DNA of 47,674 nucleotides from Perkinsus olseni (Eukaryota): NCBI GenBank assembly GCA_013115125.1, contig JABANN010000246.1, positions 1 to 47,674 of the forward strand, read 5' to 3'. Shown piece by piece: positions 35,466 to 47,674 of this stretch (position 1 is its first letter; each line of letters starts with the position of its first letter). The notes under the pieces were generated by a model. It saw only the letters and a program-made list of their open reading frames with translations, ran no database searches and was not told where the DNA came from. The position numbers and the translations under genes were made by a program.

Positions 35466-38400
35466 TTACCCAAAGAATTCAACGATAATCCGATGGTCTT
35501 TTTGAAGCTTCTCAATAGAGACACTCCCGGCGACTTCCCGAATGGTGGCGAGGACCTGGACGGACTTCGCTCTTTAAGACGAGGACTGTTAGACAAGCAC
35601 CTCCTTGCACATGACGGTTTGACCACAGACCATGACCAAGCCTGGCGTCTCCGTCGAATTCAGCGCATCACACAGGGCCGCGCGCAGAGTGTCGGAAGAA
35701 CGTAAAATCTGAGTGTTCCATGGAACTAGGGAATGATGGATCGATCATCATCCACTCACGTACATCCTGAACATGGCGCCTGGGGACGCCAGGCTCCCGT
35801 GATAGAGCCAGGTGGAAGCAGATGTTTTCGCAGGCAGCGATCTCGGTGTCATACAGGATATCGTCGCGAGTCCGGCAACCGAAGACTAGGTGACATCGTG
35901 TGCTAGTGGAGAGCTCAGAAAGCATCGCCCTGTCATAAGAAGACAGACTCTGAAACACACCCTCGAGTGGAGATGGTGAGTCGCTCTCGAGAAAAAATTT
36001 TGTCATACATCAGCAGCCCCAAGAGTGCATATAGGGGAAGCCAAGAGCTAGGGTGCAATACTCACCTGAAGGGAGCAATGCCAGCACCAGTACAAACCAT
36101 CACAATAGGTCCAAGCGGTAGCGGGTCTGGCAGCTTGAAAGCGGAGGGTCGAATATTCAATCGACTGAGGAAAGAGAACCGCCGGAAGTGAGCACACGTC
36201 GTTGACATCCTCGTGAACTTTTGGAGGCAAAAGCACTCTCACTATCACCGTTTCTAAAAGCCCCAAACTCACAGTGAGGCACTCACATTTCGTCACCAGC
36301 CTTGACGGTCCCGCACAGATAGTTGCTAGCGACGCCCGTGTAAGCATCCTGCCCTTGAGGCCGAGGGTTTATATGCCCGAGCTCTCGATCAAGGAGCGTG
36401 ACTCGACACGAATGCATGAATTTCGAAGGAAACTTGGAGGGCAGGGCGTTGGAGAGGACCGAGCAGCAGATGCCGGCAAGACCTACTAGAAGACTAATGT
36501 CAATTACTACCTTAGGTTTCAGATAGGCCTTCTCACCAGAGGTGCCCGGGGTGGCTCCGGTGTAACTCCTTAGTTTCTGTTTGGTACAAATCTTAGCAAA
36601 TTCGACGAAGCTGATAGCCGATGTATCAACACGAAAAAGATCGAAGAACTCTGCCAGGCAAAGATGGACCTGAAAGAGAGACATCCGAGCTCTTTCACTT
36701 CAACATTCAACCTCTCGCTCAGTAGAGATCCCCAACGTCTGCCGCGGACCCTGGCTGATCCGATCCCGGCGTACACCTCTTCATCTAATGTACATTTCGC
36801 GCCGTACTGTATCCGCGTTACGAATCACCGACAAAGGCCAAAGGCTATCCACTAGAGACCGATGAAGAGACTGTGATAGGGGCCATCGCGTACGCCGGAA
36901 GAATGCATCTGCTTCTGCAGTCCGACCACTTCCTTCAGCGCGGGATCGTACCGGGCCAAGGCTGATATCATTTGACGACTCGGAGGCGATCGCAAGTCCA
37001 AGTAACTGCAGAAACGCGATAACGGTACCCCCTCCGAGAGCATTTCCGACTCACTAGAGAAGAACCTCTCTGATTGTAGATGGAACCGGAAAAGGGCATC
37101 TGAAGACATTACAAGCCGTTCGCGGATGTTCACTCAAAGTTGACCAAAATTTTTCCGAAAGCAAGGGCTCCTCGTGCCCGGTGACCCGTCATGGTCGGAC
37201 GAGGACGAGAAACGCAAGGACGTGCTGGAAAGTTGTGACAGGAAGCAGCACAGTTGCAGGCTTCTGGGCGAGAATGCTCAGTTTCACAAGTTTTTGCGTG
37301 CTCGCCGTCATTTTTCCACCCTCTTAGACACGGACATGCAATGCGCCATGTATGCGTCACGCAACTGAGAGATGCGCGTCATGGACCTGGACGAACTGCC
37401 AGGCAGGTTGACAACTGAGTACCGCACGAACGGTCCACAGTTGAGCTGATATTAGTATGCCTTCCTTTGTCCCTCGGCGACCAACAGTACCCCGCCTTCT
37501 CGTCTCCAGCTGGCCGAGGTGTAATTGAGAGAACAGAAATGAGCGAAGCAGTGACGGTGTAATGAGTCTTACCTTCCCGCCCCTCCGCGAAGCTGGCCTT
37601 CATGTCCACTAAACATTGATTACACTTACAGCAGCTGTGCAATGAGCAAAGCAATGCGCCTCTGTGATTACAAGGCACCTCTGAGAGGACAATGCCGCTC
37701 TGAGAGCACTTCGCACAATAATCTCAGAACCTCATGAGGTCCCAAATGATACCCCAGTTCGTGTACCATAGATTTCTCCAGAAACAATCTCGCTGTTTTC
37801 TCTGCGCGCTCGCGAAGAGCTACCGAATGATCATTCTCTCTCGTCAGTTGGCGAGCCAGTTGGTAATCACGCCACTCCTGCTGTGCCTGCGGACTCCGAA
37901 CTTCGGAGTAGCCTGAGCATCAGGTTCTAAGGCGGCATAGGGGCTCCCTACTAGGGAGGGGCGACAAGTTGTCGCCGACAACAGCAGTACCAGAGTCGGT
38001 CCAGTCGATGGCGTCACCATCAGGAGGGCACGGTTCAGCATCAGGAGGGCACGAATCACCATCCGGAGGCGCGGAGTCTCTCATTAGATTGTCCGAGTAG
38101 GATTCGTTCATGCAAACTTCCGTCAATACTGCATGAACAACATTCTGGTTTCATGTGTTGGACGGCATTCAGTCGCCAGCAATATGCGATATTGGTGGGT
38201 CACCATGACCGACCGACGGTCGCCGACTGTCAACCGAGGACGCCACACATTACTTTCCATCGATCGGCTCGAAATCAATCCAATAATCCAGCTTCCCAGA
38301 TAACTCGAAGATTCTCACAAAGTAGTCAACATCTCCCCGTGAATTCGCTGGGAGCACCTCGATGGTATCAGCGGTAGCATACCTGAAGGACAGTAAATTT

Positions 38401-40318
38401 GAGCTAGGAAGTAATCGAGTTCACGAATATCGGAGAGGTGAAGAACTCCGCTCGCTGCGGCAGTCCCTGGCGACCAATGGATAACCTACGATCTCAGAAG
38501 AAACTTATTACGAGAATTCACGAATCTAGAAGGGATATATTCGCGAGATCCTCGCCTCCTCCATCCGACGAAACGGCTGAACAAAAATTCCGGCCGTGAA
38601 TCCGAACGGTGCTATGGAGATAAATTATATCTCGTTGTCTAATCCCGGGAGAGGTAGTCCCTCCTTTCATCTCCATGATAGCTCACTTCATTCCCTCAGG
38701 AATCTCAACATCGATGTGAACTGCTCTAGAACCCATTCTCTCCACCGACACAACCTTCGTTTTGCAGCACTTGATGATTGCCTTCGACAGAGTATCATCT
38801 CCATCGATCGATCCTGATTCAAGAAAACTCGAATGCACCTTCCGCTCGGGCATGGCTCGCAGTTCTTATAAATTGAGACTCTTTCGCAAGGGATCCTCAA
38901 GAGTCGCTTGGCAATGGCTACCGTGGTTGAACCGCTGAGTCAAGTCAGTCTCACGACTCACAGTATACTTCAAACAGTCGGGCCCGATAGTACTGCTTCA
39001 CTGTGACAGTAGCGCTATCTGACGGGCCTACTTCGATCCACATTCGGATGCTCTGCGGAGATATATCCGCTATCTTTCGTCGTCTCCATTGCAGAGCTGC
39101 CGTTGGATTGGGCGGGACCGGGCGAGGGAGCTGCATGGAGCTCCTCTGATATCAACAGAGTCAGATCAAGCCAGCGGGAGGAAGTCGCCTGACTGGCAAC
39201 TTTCTTCAGCTTCTCGAAAACCCCGCTGGTGTCTATCCACTTTCGAAAATCTTCTTCGATATCCTGGCAGTCATCACCGATACCCCTGAGAAGAAATAGC
39301 ATCCATCCGGAATCGAGTCCAGGACCTCCGCCGGACATCCTGCGGCTTGGCCCCTACGCGGTGTGCCTGCCGAGGGTTTTCGTACCTCACCTTTCAAGCA
39401 TCTTCACCGCACCAACTCGCTGCATTGCTGCATCGCTCCGCCGAGCCATCCCATTAAACTGGATGTAGTTCAAATCGCCGAGGCCAAAAATGCAATAATG
39501 GACGCCAGAAAGGGCGTCTTTCTGAGAAAATACGTGTTTCCCTGATCGAGAATACGCGGCAGTTAGTTCACCGGCGTGGACTTGTGATTGATGTATTTAT
39601 CGAATTTGATAGCATTATCGGTCGCATCGCCTTCCCCTGTCGTAGCGAGTATCAAAACCTGCCAAGACCTCTCCAATCCGCTGGAATGCCTACAGGAAGA
39701 TTTACCACAATTCTGTGAGTGCTGAAAACGGCCGGGTCGAAGTCGGCCAGGTCGCAGACCTTGTTCGGTATCTGTTCTTCAGTAGCCTCCTCGCCTGTGA
39801 CCGAACGCAACGTCAAAACCACCCCAAAAAAACATTATCATCAGTTACTGTTAGACACGATCGATGCCGAGTACCTTAATTTTTACACTCGAATGCATCG
39901 TCAATTTTCGACGGAGCGATGTGGCACACCATCGATTGACACTACCACGGAGACGTCCCACATTATTATTACCAAACTGGATCGCGAACGCCTCGGCCGT
40001 CCCCGTCTGCGAACCGAAGTAAATGTACGCAGTAGCTGAGAAGGATACAAATATCGTATCCGATTTTGAGATGCTAACTCCATGCCCTTCAGAGTCGCTA
40101 TATGCGGTAGTCCGGGAAAGGCGATCCAGGATAGCGTCCACTCAGCGTCCTAGTGGGGAGCATGGAACGCCAGCTCATGATAGAGCTAGTCAAAGCAATA
40201 GCATTCGTCGAGCATATGCGATAACTACTGCAGATCAGTCTAAACCACTGAGGGCTATCAAAGAGCCAACGCTGATGATGGCATCAGCATTCGGGCGGAC
40301 TTGTGGCTGTTGGTGCAT
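35466..40318 (-). CDS. Diflavin NADPH reductase (cytochrome P450 reductase-like), multi-exon; start uncertain
   Basis: FMN domain: YIYFGSQTGTAEAFA, ILATTGEGDATDNAIKF, YCIFGLGDLNYIQFN, GIGDDCQDIEEDFRKW. FAD domain: YATADTIEVLPANS, YLDLRSPPSRQMI, RSYT, GVASNYL. NADP domain: PIVMVCTGAGIAPFR, LVFGCR, LALSRE, VMVCG, RIIVEFFG*. Confidence 0.88.
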
Positions 40319-41198
40319 CAAAGTTATATTAGTAACATTACTCGTGATTTAATCAGTGCGCGACCGTTACCACATTTGATGCGACCGGCACATGAGCTTA
40401 CTGTCAACGACGTCCAGCGCTGTGACGGGTTCCTTCGGACCATCCTCGCTGCATTTGGAAGAAGGAGAAGTCGAAGACTTCCTTATCTTCGGCATGTATC
40501 AAGCGACGAAAAACTTGCCCACGAAAAAGTGTACGTTTCTAAGCCTGTACATCCTTGAAGCTAACTCGGCAGTGGCTCAGTCACATTCTGCGCGACGACG
40601 ACGACATCATGAGATGTTGCAAATCTGATTCGTGAGATGTCACGCTCGATCACTAACTGCGACTAACTAACATCACCAACTGAGATGTCACGTAACGATC
40701 TTCATTTGAAATCAAGATCGTTACGACTAGGACGTACGGAGGAAACTGAGCCGAACGTCAACCCTCGATTCGACCCGACCACCTCCAGCACGCTCAGTAC
40801 GCATGAACCCAACAATATTAGGTGTTCAAAAAGTACTCTTCCAGATGAAGTACGGGTAATTGAGCCATCACAGTGGAGCAGACTAAGTACTAGTAGTGTA
40901 GTATTAGCAGTTACAAATCACGGTATTAAAAAGAGTGTCGCTCCCGGCCTTCTTTACTATCAAAAAGTCAAATGTTCTCATAGTTGAGAATCTGATGGCG
41001 ACCAGACGTTGACCATAATAACGCGGTAAGTTCTCTCGCGAGAGAACTATAGCAGAAGTACGATTATAAAAGGCAGGTTGACGACCAGATGCTCAAGAGA
41101 CGAAGAGGTTGAGAATAGCTAGCAGTCATTATACACTACTATAGATTAGTGAATGCTCTCATCGTAGAGATCTTCGTGCTTCGAACAAACCGCTCTTG

Positions 41199-43182
41199 TC
41201 ACTGCCTCGCCTTCATGCTCAAACGAAGGTTGACGGGTATACGGTTAATGTAAGTGGTCTCTCCGACATCATCATAACCAACGGTGAAATGGAAATCATC
41301 GAAATGCCTCAGAAGAGTTGCTGCCATAACAACACACTCCTTCATGGCGAGGTATTGACCAGGGCATTTACGAGGGCTTCCAGTGAACGCCCAATGATTG
41401 CGTGAACGCTGGCGATCGATGTCTCTGGTGCCGGGAAGGAACCAAGCCTCGGGCCTGACAAGGACAACACTCTATTGTCGTTATCGCCACACGCAGTACT
41501 CACTTGAACTCAGGACCGCCCTCATCTTCGCCCTTCATCGCCTCGCCGGTCATAAGTGTAACTACCGTCCCCACGTCAACCTCCTTCCCTTCGATGACGT
41601 AGGGTGCAACAGTGACATATGGCAGGGGGCCAGGGGTTGAGTTGTTCATCTACAAGGAAAGACAAGAGAATCTTCGGCAACCAATCAACCTACACGCCTT
41701 GCACCAGAGTCAACCTATGATACACTTACACGAAGTGTCTCCAAGACGCAGGCCTCTACATAGCGTAGTTTGTCGAGATCATCGTTATCAGTCGGATCTT
41801 TACCGAGGGCGTCGACTTCCGCTCGGGCCTTCTTCTGAGCATCTGGGTGGACACACATTAGGTAAAGGAACCACTCAATGGTAGAAGGGACCGAAGAGCC
41901 TCCACTCAGAGTGAATCTGATCATCAAGAAATTGACGATGTTGTTGAAGACCATGTGAAGACACTCACGTAACAAGATTCCAAATCAAATCTTGCTTGCC
42001 CATGAATATCAACTTGTCGAGAATGTTGCACTCGGGTGTGGCGCCTTTCTTCAACTCTTCCTGTCTTCGAGCTATGATCTCCTTAGAGTACTTCTCCACG
42101 TTATCAACAGCCGAGTAAAACTAGAAGAAAATGAACTGCGAGAAGAGAAGCGCTTCGGAGAAGTCGACAACTACTCACTTTGGCGACATCCTTGTTCAGC
42201 TTGAAAGGATACCTATTCTGTATGAAAGGCCCCAACTGGATGTGCTTAAGAATGAAATCAAAACCCTCGAGAAAATTTTGGAATGTTTTGTGGACGTTTT
42301 CTCGCTCAGCCGACCCATTGGGATCTGATCAGAAAACCTTAGCGGAGCGAAACATCAATCATAAGGTGCTTACCGAGAGGACTGAGGAGGTTGTAGTCCT
42401 TCCCAAAGTGAGTGGCAACTGTAAAGTCGAGTGCAGCCAGTTGAAGCAATTTATGAGGCTCCCAGTTGTGAATGTTACCAGACGAATCAGCCAAGGCAGA
42501 CACGACGTTAACCTGAGTAAACGACTGAATATCGACTCGCCGTTTACAATAGTGGAAGTGGTTACCAATCTTCGAGACATCTGTCCCATCACGGGGACCA
42601 TCCCTCGAACGTTCGGCTCAGCGATGATTGGGTCGACTGTTCTTCTGTTGTACTTCCAAGCATCACCATCAGTCAGGAAGATCCCGGACTTTGGCAATAA
42701 ACTTAGAGTGTTCATCTGCCGCATGAACACCCCCTTGTTGGAGTCCTTCAGGATCTGCTTGATAGTCTCCGCGTCCTTGGTCATGACGTAGGTCGTAGAG
42801 AACACCCTAAAGAAAAGGCAAATAAGAGATGGCCATGGCATGGAAGAATAACAGTCACCCACTCACCTGAAGGCGAACGTCTTGCCATACTCTTCGGCCC
42901 ACTCGCGCATCCGTGACAACGCGCTGCTCGGATCGAGTTCAAAGGCCACTCCAGCGATAGGCGAGCCCTGAAGCAAAGATAAACTTAACAAGATCCGTCA
43001 AAACATCTTACCCTCGGTCCGGGGAAGGGCAGCGGCTTGAAAGTGCGGGCTATAGATTTCACAAGCTTCCCAAGTAGGAAGCTCAAAAGCAGAGCGGCAC
43101 CTCCTCCGATAGTCACCGGAGCATAGCGACGGAGCACACTCAGAAGCTCCGGATTGATACGGAGAAGGGCTGGGGACTGCAT
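41199..43182 (-). CDS. Cytochrome P450, copy A (multi-exon)
   Basis: Membrane anchor plus PLPFPGP, GIFLTDGDAWKYNRR, I-helix TLSGGSSVPSTIEW, K-helix ACVLETLR, meander FKPEAW, heme motif FTGSPRKCPG; stop TGA at 41199-41201. Confidence 0.9.
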
Positions 43183-44526
43183 GAGCAACAAATCAGCTGA
43201 AAACGAACAATGATAGGGAAAAGACAGGTATCATCTCAGCGCTCAAAGACACCATAACGCCGACTAGGTGGTCGACGCAAGGCGCTGAAAGTTGCACGAT
43301 ATATCATTTCGGGTGCGACACAATCGATATCGCGCTACAAATTTGCAAACGGTTCTAGCGCACAAGGGACCACAATCTATCCTGTGCGCCACTAGCTCTG
43401 CTCGCAGGTTTCGAGTTCGCTCAAACTTTACTCAACCGAGGCAGCCTGATGAGGGCAGTCCGCGGCGCTACGGGCACATGGCTTGAACTCGCTAGTAACG
43501 AGAACAGGGCGTCGATTGAAACCGCGGCGCTCGAGTGACTTCGAAAGGCAGAATTGGCGAAGCCGAGGTCAACAAGTGTAGCACAGCGTGAGCATGTTCA
43601 ACGAGAAGGTTTCTCAAGGGGAGTATCGTGGAAGGGCCCCACGGAGCTACGACATCATCACCATCGTCATCCAGGAAAGTAAGTTCTTCCCCTATCAGTA
43701 AAAACACGTGAGTATGCTCAGTCGGCGGAATTGAGGGGGGTTAAAAGACCAACTACGGTACAATTCACGACCGCATGAGGGCTGGGCGTTTGGTGGGAGC
43801 TTGGCGAAACCAGCCGTCCAGTGCCTGGATATTCAGGGTTTACACCAGATACCTCTGGTACCTCTGTCAGTAGTGAACACGACGGCAGGCACGCTATTTT
43901 TATCTCAAGTTGGAAGCACGCGACCTCAGTTTTCAAGGAACTGAAAACGAACTTCGTCTTCTCAAATTGATTCCGAGAATTCCACTTTCCAACTAGGCAA
44001 TTTCCCACTTGTAGTTAATGTTCAAATCTCGAAAAGGATACTGAGATTGAGTCAGTCTCGAGATGAAAATGGCGTAGATGATGAACAGAGAAAGTAGACA
44101 GCAAACATAGCTCAGCTAGGGCCTGATGGTAATGAAATGGAAGGACTGTCTCGAAGCATCGTTAGACAGACAACAGAAGGGTTCACACTCCCAAGCTCTC
44201 GGTGACGTCATAACCGACCAGCACACACTGGAACACAAAGAAAATTGTTGAAGGAAAAACAGGGGAAGATGATTTTTCTTAGAGGAAGCCTTCGGTGGAA
44301 GTCGTGTGAAGAGTCGGTAGCCAGAGCCGGAACGACGATTATGCTACCAATGCCGACGAAACTGCCTGGCACCGTGGTGCTTAGTCCTACCGTTGCTAAT
44401 CCGATTGACAGTACATGATTCTGTAGAAAATCTTGCCCGTAAGGACACAGAGAATGTCCGACGAATAGTTGGTAAAAAATGGGCTTCGATCAGACGGAGC
44501 CAACGAATCAAAAGGGCTCGTTGCGA

Positions 44527-46707
44527 TTAACACTGCCTCGCCTTCATGCTCAAACGAAGGTTGACGGGTATACGGTTAATGTAAGTAGTCTCTCCGACAT
44601 CATCATAACCGACGGTGAAATGGAAATCGTCGAAGTGCCTCAGAAGAGTTGCTGCCATAACAACACACTCCTTCATGGCGAGGTATTGACCAGGGCATTT
44701 CCGAGGGCTTCCAGTGAACGCCCAATGATTGCGTGAACGCTGGCGGTCGATGTCTCTGGTACCGGGAAGAAACCAAGCCTCGGGCCTGACGAGGACAACA
44801 CTCTATCACCGCTATCACCATAAGCGAGACTCACTTGAACTCAGGACCGCCCTCATCTTCGCCCTTCATCGCCTCGCCGGTCATAAGTGTAACAACCGTC
44901 CCCACGTCGACCTCCTTCCCTTCGATGACGTAGGGTGCAACAGTGACATATGGCAGGGGGCCAGGGGTCGAGTTATTCATCTGCAAGAAAAGACAAGAGA
45001 ATCTTCGGCAACCAATCAACCTACACGCCTTGCACCAGAGTCAACCTATGATACACTTACACGAAGTGTTTCCAAGACGCAGGCCTCTACATAGCGTAGT
45101 TTGTCGAGATCATCGTTGTCGGTTGGATCTTTACCGAGGGCGTCGACTTCTGCTCGGGCCTTCTTCTGAGCATCTGGGTGGACACACATTAGGTAGAGGA
45201 ACCACTCGATCGTAGAAGGGACCGAAGAGCCTCCACTCAGAGTGAATCTGATCATCAGAAAATCGACGCTGTTGTTGAAGATCATGTGAGGACACTCACG
45301 TAACAAGATTCCAAATCAAATCTTGCTTGCCCATGAATATCAACTTGTCGAGAATGTTGCACTCGGGTGTGGCGCCTTTCTTCAACTCTTCCTGTCTTCG
45401 AGCTATGATCTCCTTAGAGTACTTCTCCACGTTATCAACAGCGGAGTAAAACTAGAAGAAAATGAACTGCGAGAAGAGAAGCGCTTCGGAGAAGTCGACA
45501 ACTACTCACTTTGGTGACATCCTTGTTCAGCTTGAAAGGATACCTATTCTGTATGAAAGGCCCCAACTGGATGTGCTTAAGAATGAAATCAAAACCCTCG
45601 AGAAAATTTTGGAATGTTTTGTGGACGTTTTCTCGCTCAGCCGACCCATTGGGATCTGATCAGAAAACCTTAGCGGAGCGAAACATCAATCATAAGGTGC
45701 TTACCGAGAGGACTGAGGAGGTTGTAGTCCTTCCCAAAGTGAGTGGCAACTGTAAAGTCGAGTGCAGCCAGTTGAAGCAATTTATGAGGCTCCCAGTTGT
45801 GAATGTTACCAGACGAATCAGCCAAGGCAGACACGACGTTAACCTGAGTAAACGACTGAATATCGACTCGCCGTTTAGAATAGTGGAAGTGGTCACCAAT
45901 CTTCGAGACATCTGTCCCATCACGGGGACCATCCCTCGAACGTTCGGCTCAGCGATGATTGGGTCGACTGTTCTTCTGTTGTACTTCCAAGCATCACCAT
46001 CAGTCAGGAAGATCCCGGACTTTGGCAATAAACTCAGAGTGTTCATCTGCCGCATGAACACCCCCTTGTTGGAGTCCTTCAGGATCTGCTTGATTGTCTT
46101 CGAGTCCTTAATGACGACGAAGGTCGTAGAGAAGACCCTAAGGACGAGTAAGTGGGATGCCCATCGTGTAGGAGGCCATGATCATCGACCCACCTGAAGG
46201 CGTAGGTGCCACCGAACTGCTTAGCCCAATCACACAAGCGCATTAGCGCCGTGTTCGGGTCAAGCTCAAAGACCACTCCGAAAACTGGCACCCCCTACCA
46301 CACAGCCGAACAAGTCTCCTAACTCTACCATCCATAGGGCGGCCTCACCTTTGGGCCGGGGAAAGGCAAGGGCTTCAGAGCGTCAGCGACAGTCTTCAAG
46401 GCCTTCCCGATGATCGCGCCCAGAAGAAGAGCAACACCCCCTCCGATGGTCATCGGAGCGTACTGGCGGATGACACCGAGAACGCCGGGGTTGAGGCGGA
46501 CGCCAAAGAGAGGAAGGGGAATGGCTAGAAGGTGAACTACGGTAAGGTCAGCTATCAGGACGCCATCGCTATCGCCATCACATCATCTCGGCCGATGATA
46601 ACGTCACCCGAGACGTGACGGGATGTCCACTTCGGGCGCGCGCCGAATGAACCTTCCGTGGGAGCCACGACCCGCCTGCTCCCCCCATGCCCATTACTTG
46701 GATACAT
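44527..46707 (-). CDS. Cytochrome P450, copy B (multi-exon)
   Basis: Same motifs as copy A. A micro first exon ATG TAT CCA A|GT joins to give MYPTIPLPLFGVRLNPGVLGVIRQYAPMTIGGG; ends ...MKARQC*. Confidence 0.9.
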
Positions 46708-47603
46708 CCGACACAATAACTGTAATTGTGTCGGAAACTCCGCAATTTTTTCCGTCCGTAAACCGTAAAGGCTAACGTTAACGGCTCGTAACGTAAACTC
46801 GCCCATCTATACAATAACACAAAGAATGTGGAAGTCCAGATTTGACGAGGGAAGAAATATCCCTAGCAAAAAGTATCACAATCAAGTTGCAAGGAAAAGA
46901 CGGATGAGATTGACGACGACAAGTGCTGGTAGCTCGGCGGTGAAGGCCAGCCTCGAACACAAGAGCTTACTCAGCTCGGGAAACCACGCTTATTCAGCCA
47001 CTAACACAAAGAGGGAAAGGTATCCATCGCGACATTGGAATCATAATATTCGACAGCTCGCGTCCATCTCGCTTCGTCTCGAACTCGCATGTCCATCGTG
47101 ATCAAGATCCCTTCGGGTGATCTTGTCTTGCTTCCCAGTTCACTTGTCGTCAAACTTGCACGGGCCCTCCTCACACTCCTCCGAGCCCCCGTTAGTTGTA
47201 GAAAGCACATAAGTAGATGTGCTTTGCGTGCGTCTGCTAGATACTAACCATCCGATGATGACCTCAACCATTTACGTCAGTCGCAACGCCAATGGTGATG
47301 ACAGTTTTACCACGGAACCCGAGGCAACCTCGATTGAGCGGAGAAACCAACTGTGTATTCATCAAGTAGAGTCGAAAGCATATGAATGATCGACAAGTTC
47401 ACAGCAGCAACAGCAGGCTGTCAGCAGCACTCCTCAATCCCACTTCTCGCTCGACATCTTACATTCTCCTCTTGCCGCTAAGTCGTTCTCGCCTGATCAA
47501 CACAGTCGCAGCCATGGGAACTGGCACAACTCTCACTTAGTGATCTCCTGCGCTCACTCCGCGGAGGGTTCACTACCGCGTTATCCCCGCTTCCCGAGTC
47601 TAT

Positions 47604-47604
47604 C

Positions 47605-47674
<70 letters not shown>
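47604..47674. repeat. (CAA)n microsatellite running to the window end
   Basis: Pure CAA repeat, directly visible. Confidence 0.98.

Noticed and set aside
35466-43182. Self-sufficient P450-reductase fusion (CYP102/CYP505-like)
   Set aside because: P450-A ends in a stop at 41199-41201 and about 0.9 kb separates it from the reductase start; I saw no linking exon
43492-43707. Retrotransposon integrase zinc-finger relic (LRNLLVEHAHAVLH)
   Set aside because: Too short, with no supporting RT or integrase core motifs nearby
42180-46197. Duplicated plus-strand ORFs of 203 and 228 aa
   Set aside because: Antisense to the P450 exons; duplicated only because the P450 genes are
47478-47672. Poly-Leu ORF on the minus strand
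   Set aside because: It is only the translation of the (CAA)n microsatellite

Overview
Eukaryotic, roughly 50% GC DNA with many short GT-AG introns. The gene style suggests a protist, probably a perkinsid alveolate; this is inference and was not checked. In order, the window holds: a 5'-partial WDR90-like gene (CFA20 domain plus WD40 repeats); a tandemly duplicated unit carrying small secreted-peptide genes; an intronless membrane-protein ORF; a selenoprotein gene missed by the ORF track; tRNA-Pro(CGG) with acceptor-stem mismatches; HBS1; an intronless berberine-bridge-like flavoprotein lacking both covalent FAD residues; an atypical Rab-like GTPase; a diflavin (cytochrome P450) reductase; two tandem atypical P450 genes; and a terminal (CAA)n microsatellite. 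The strongest finding is the SelU/PRXL2-like selenoprotein, with an in-frame TGA in RRLG-U-GLC and a type II SECIS in the 3' UTR. Also notable are the co-oriented P450/P450/reductase cluster and many unrelated perfect palindromes with one-base spacers in non-coding DNA. All gene models were spliced by eye, so boundaries are approximate.
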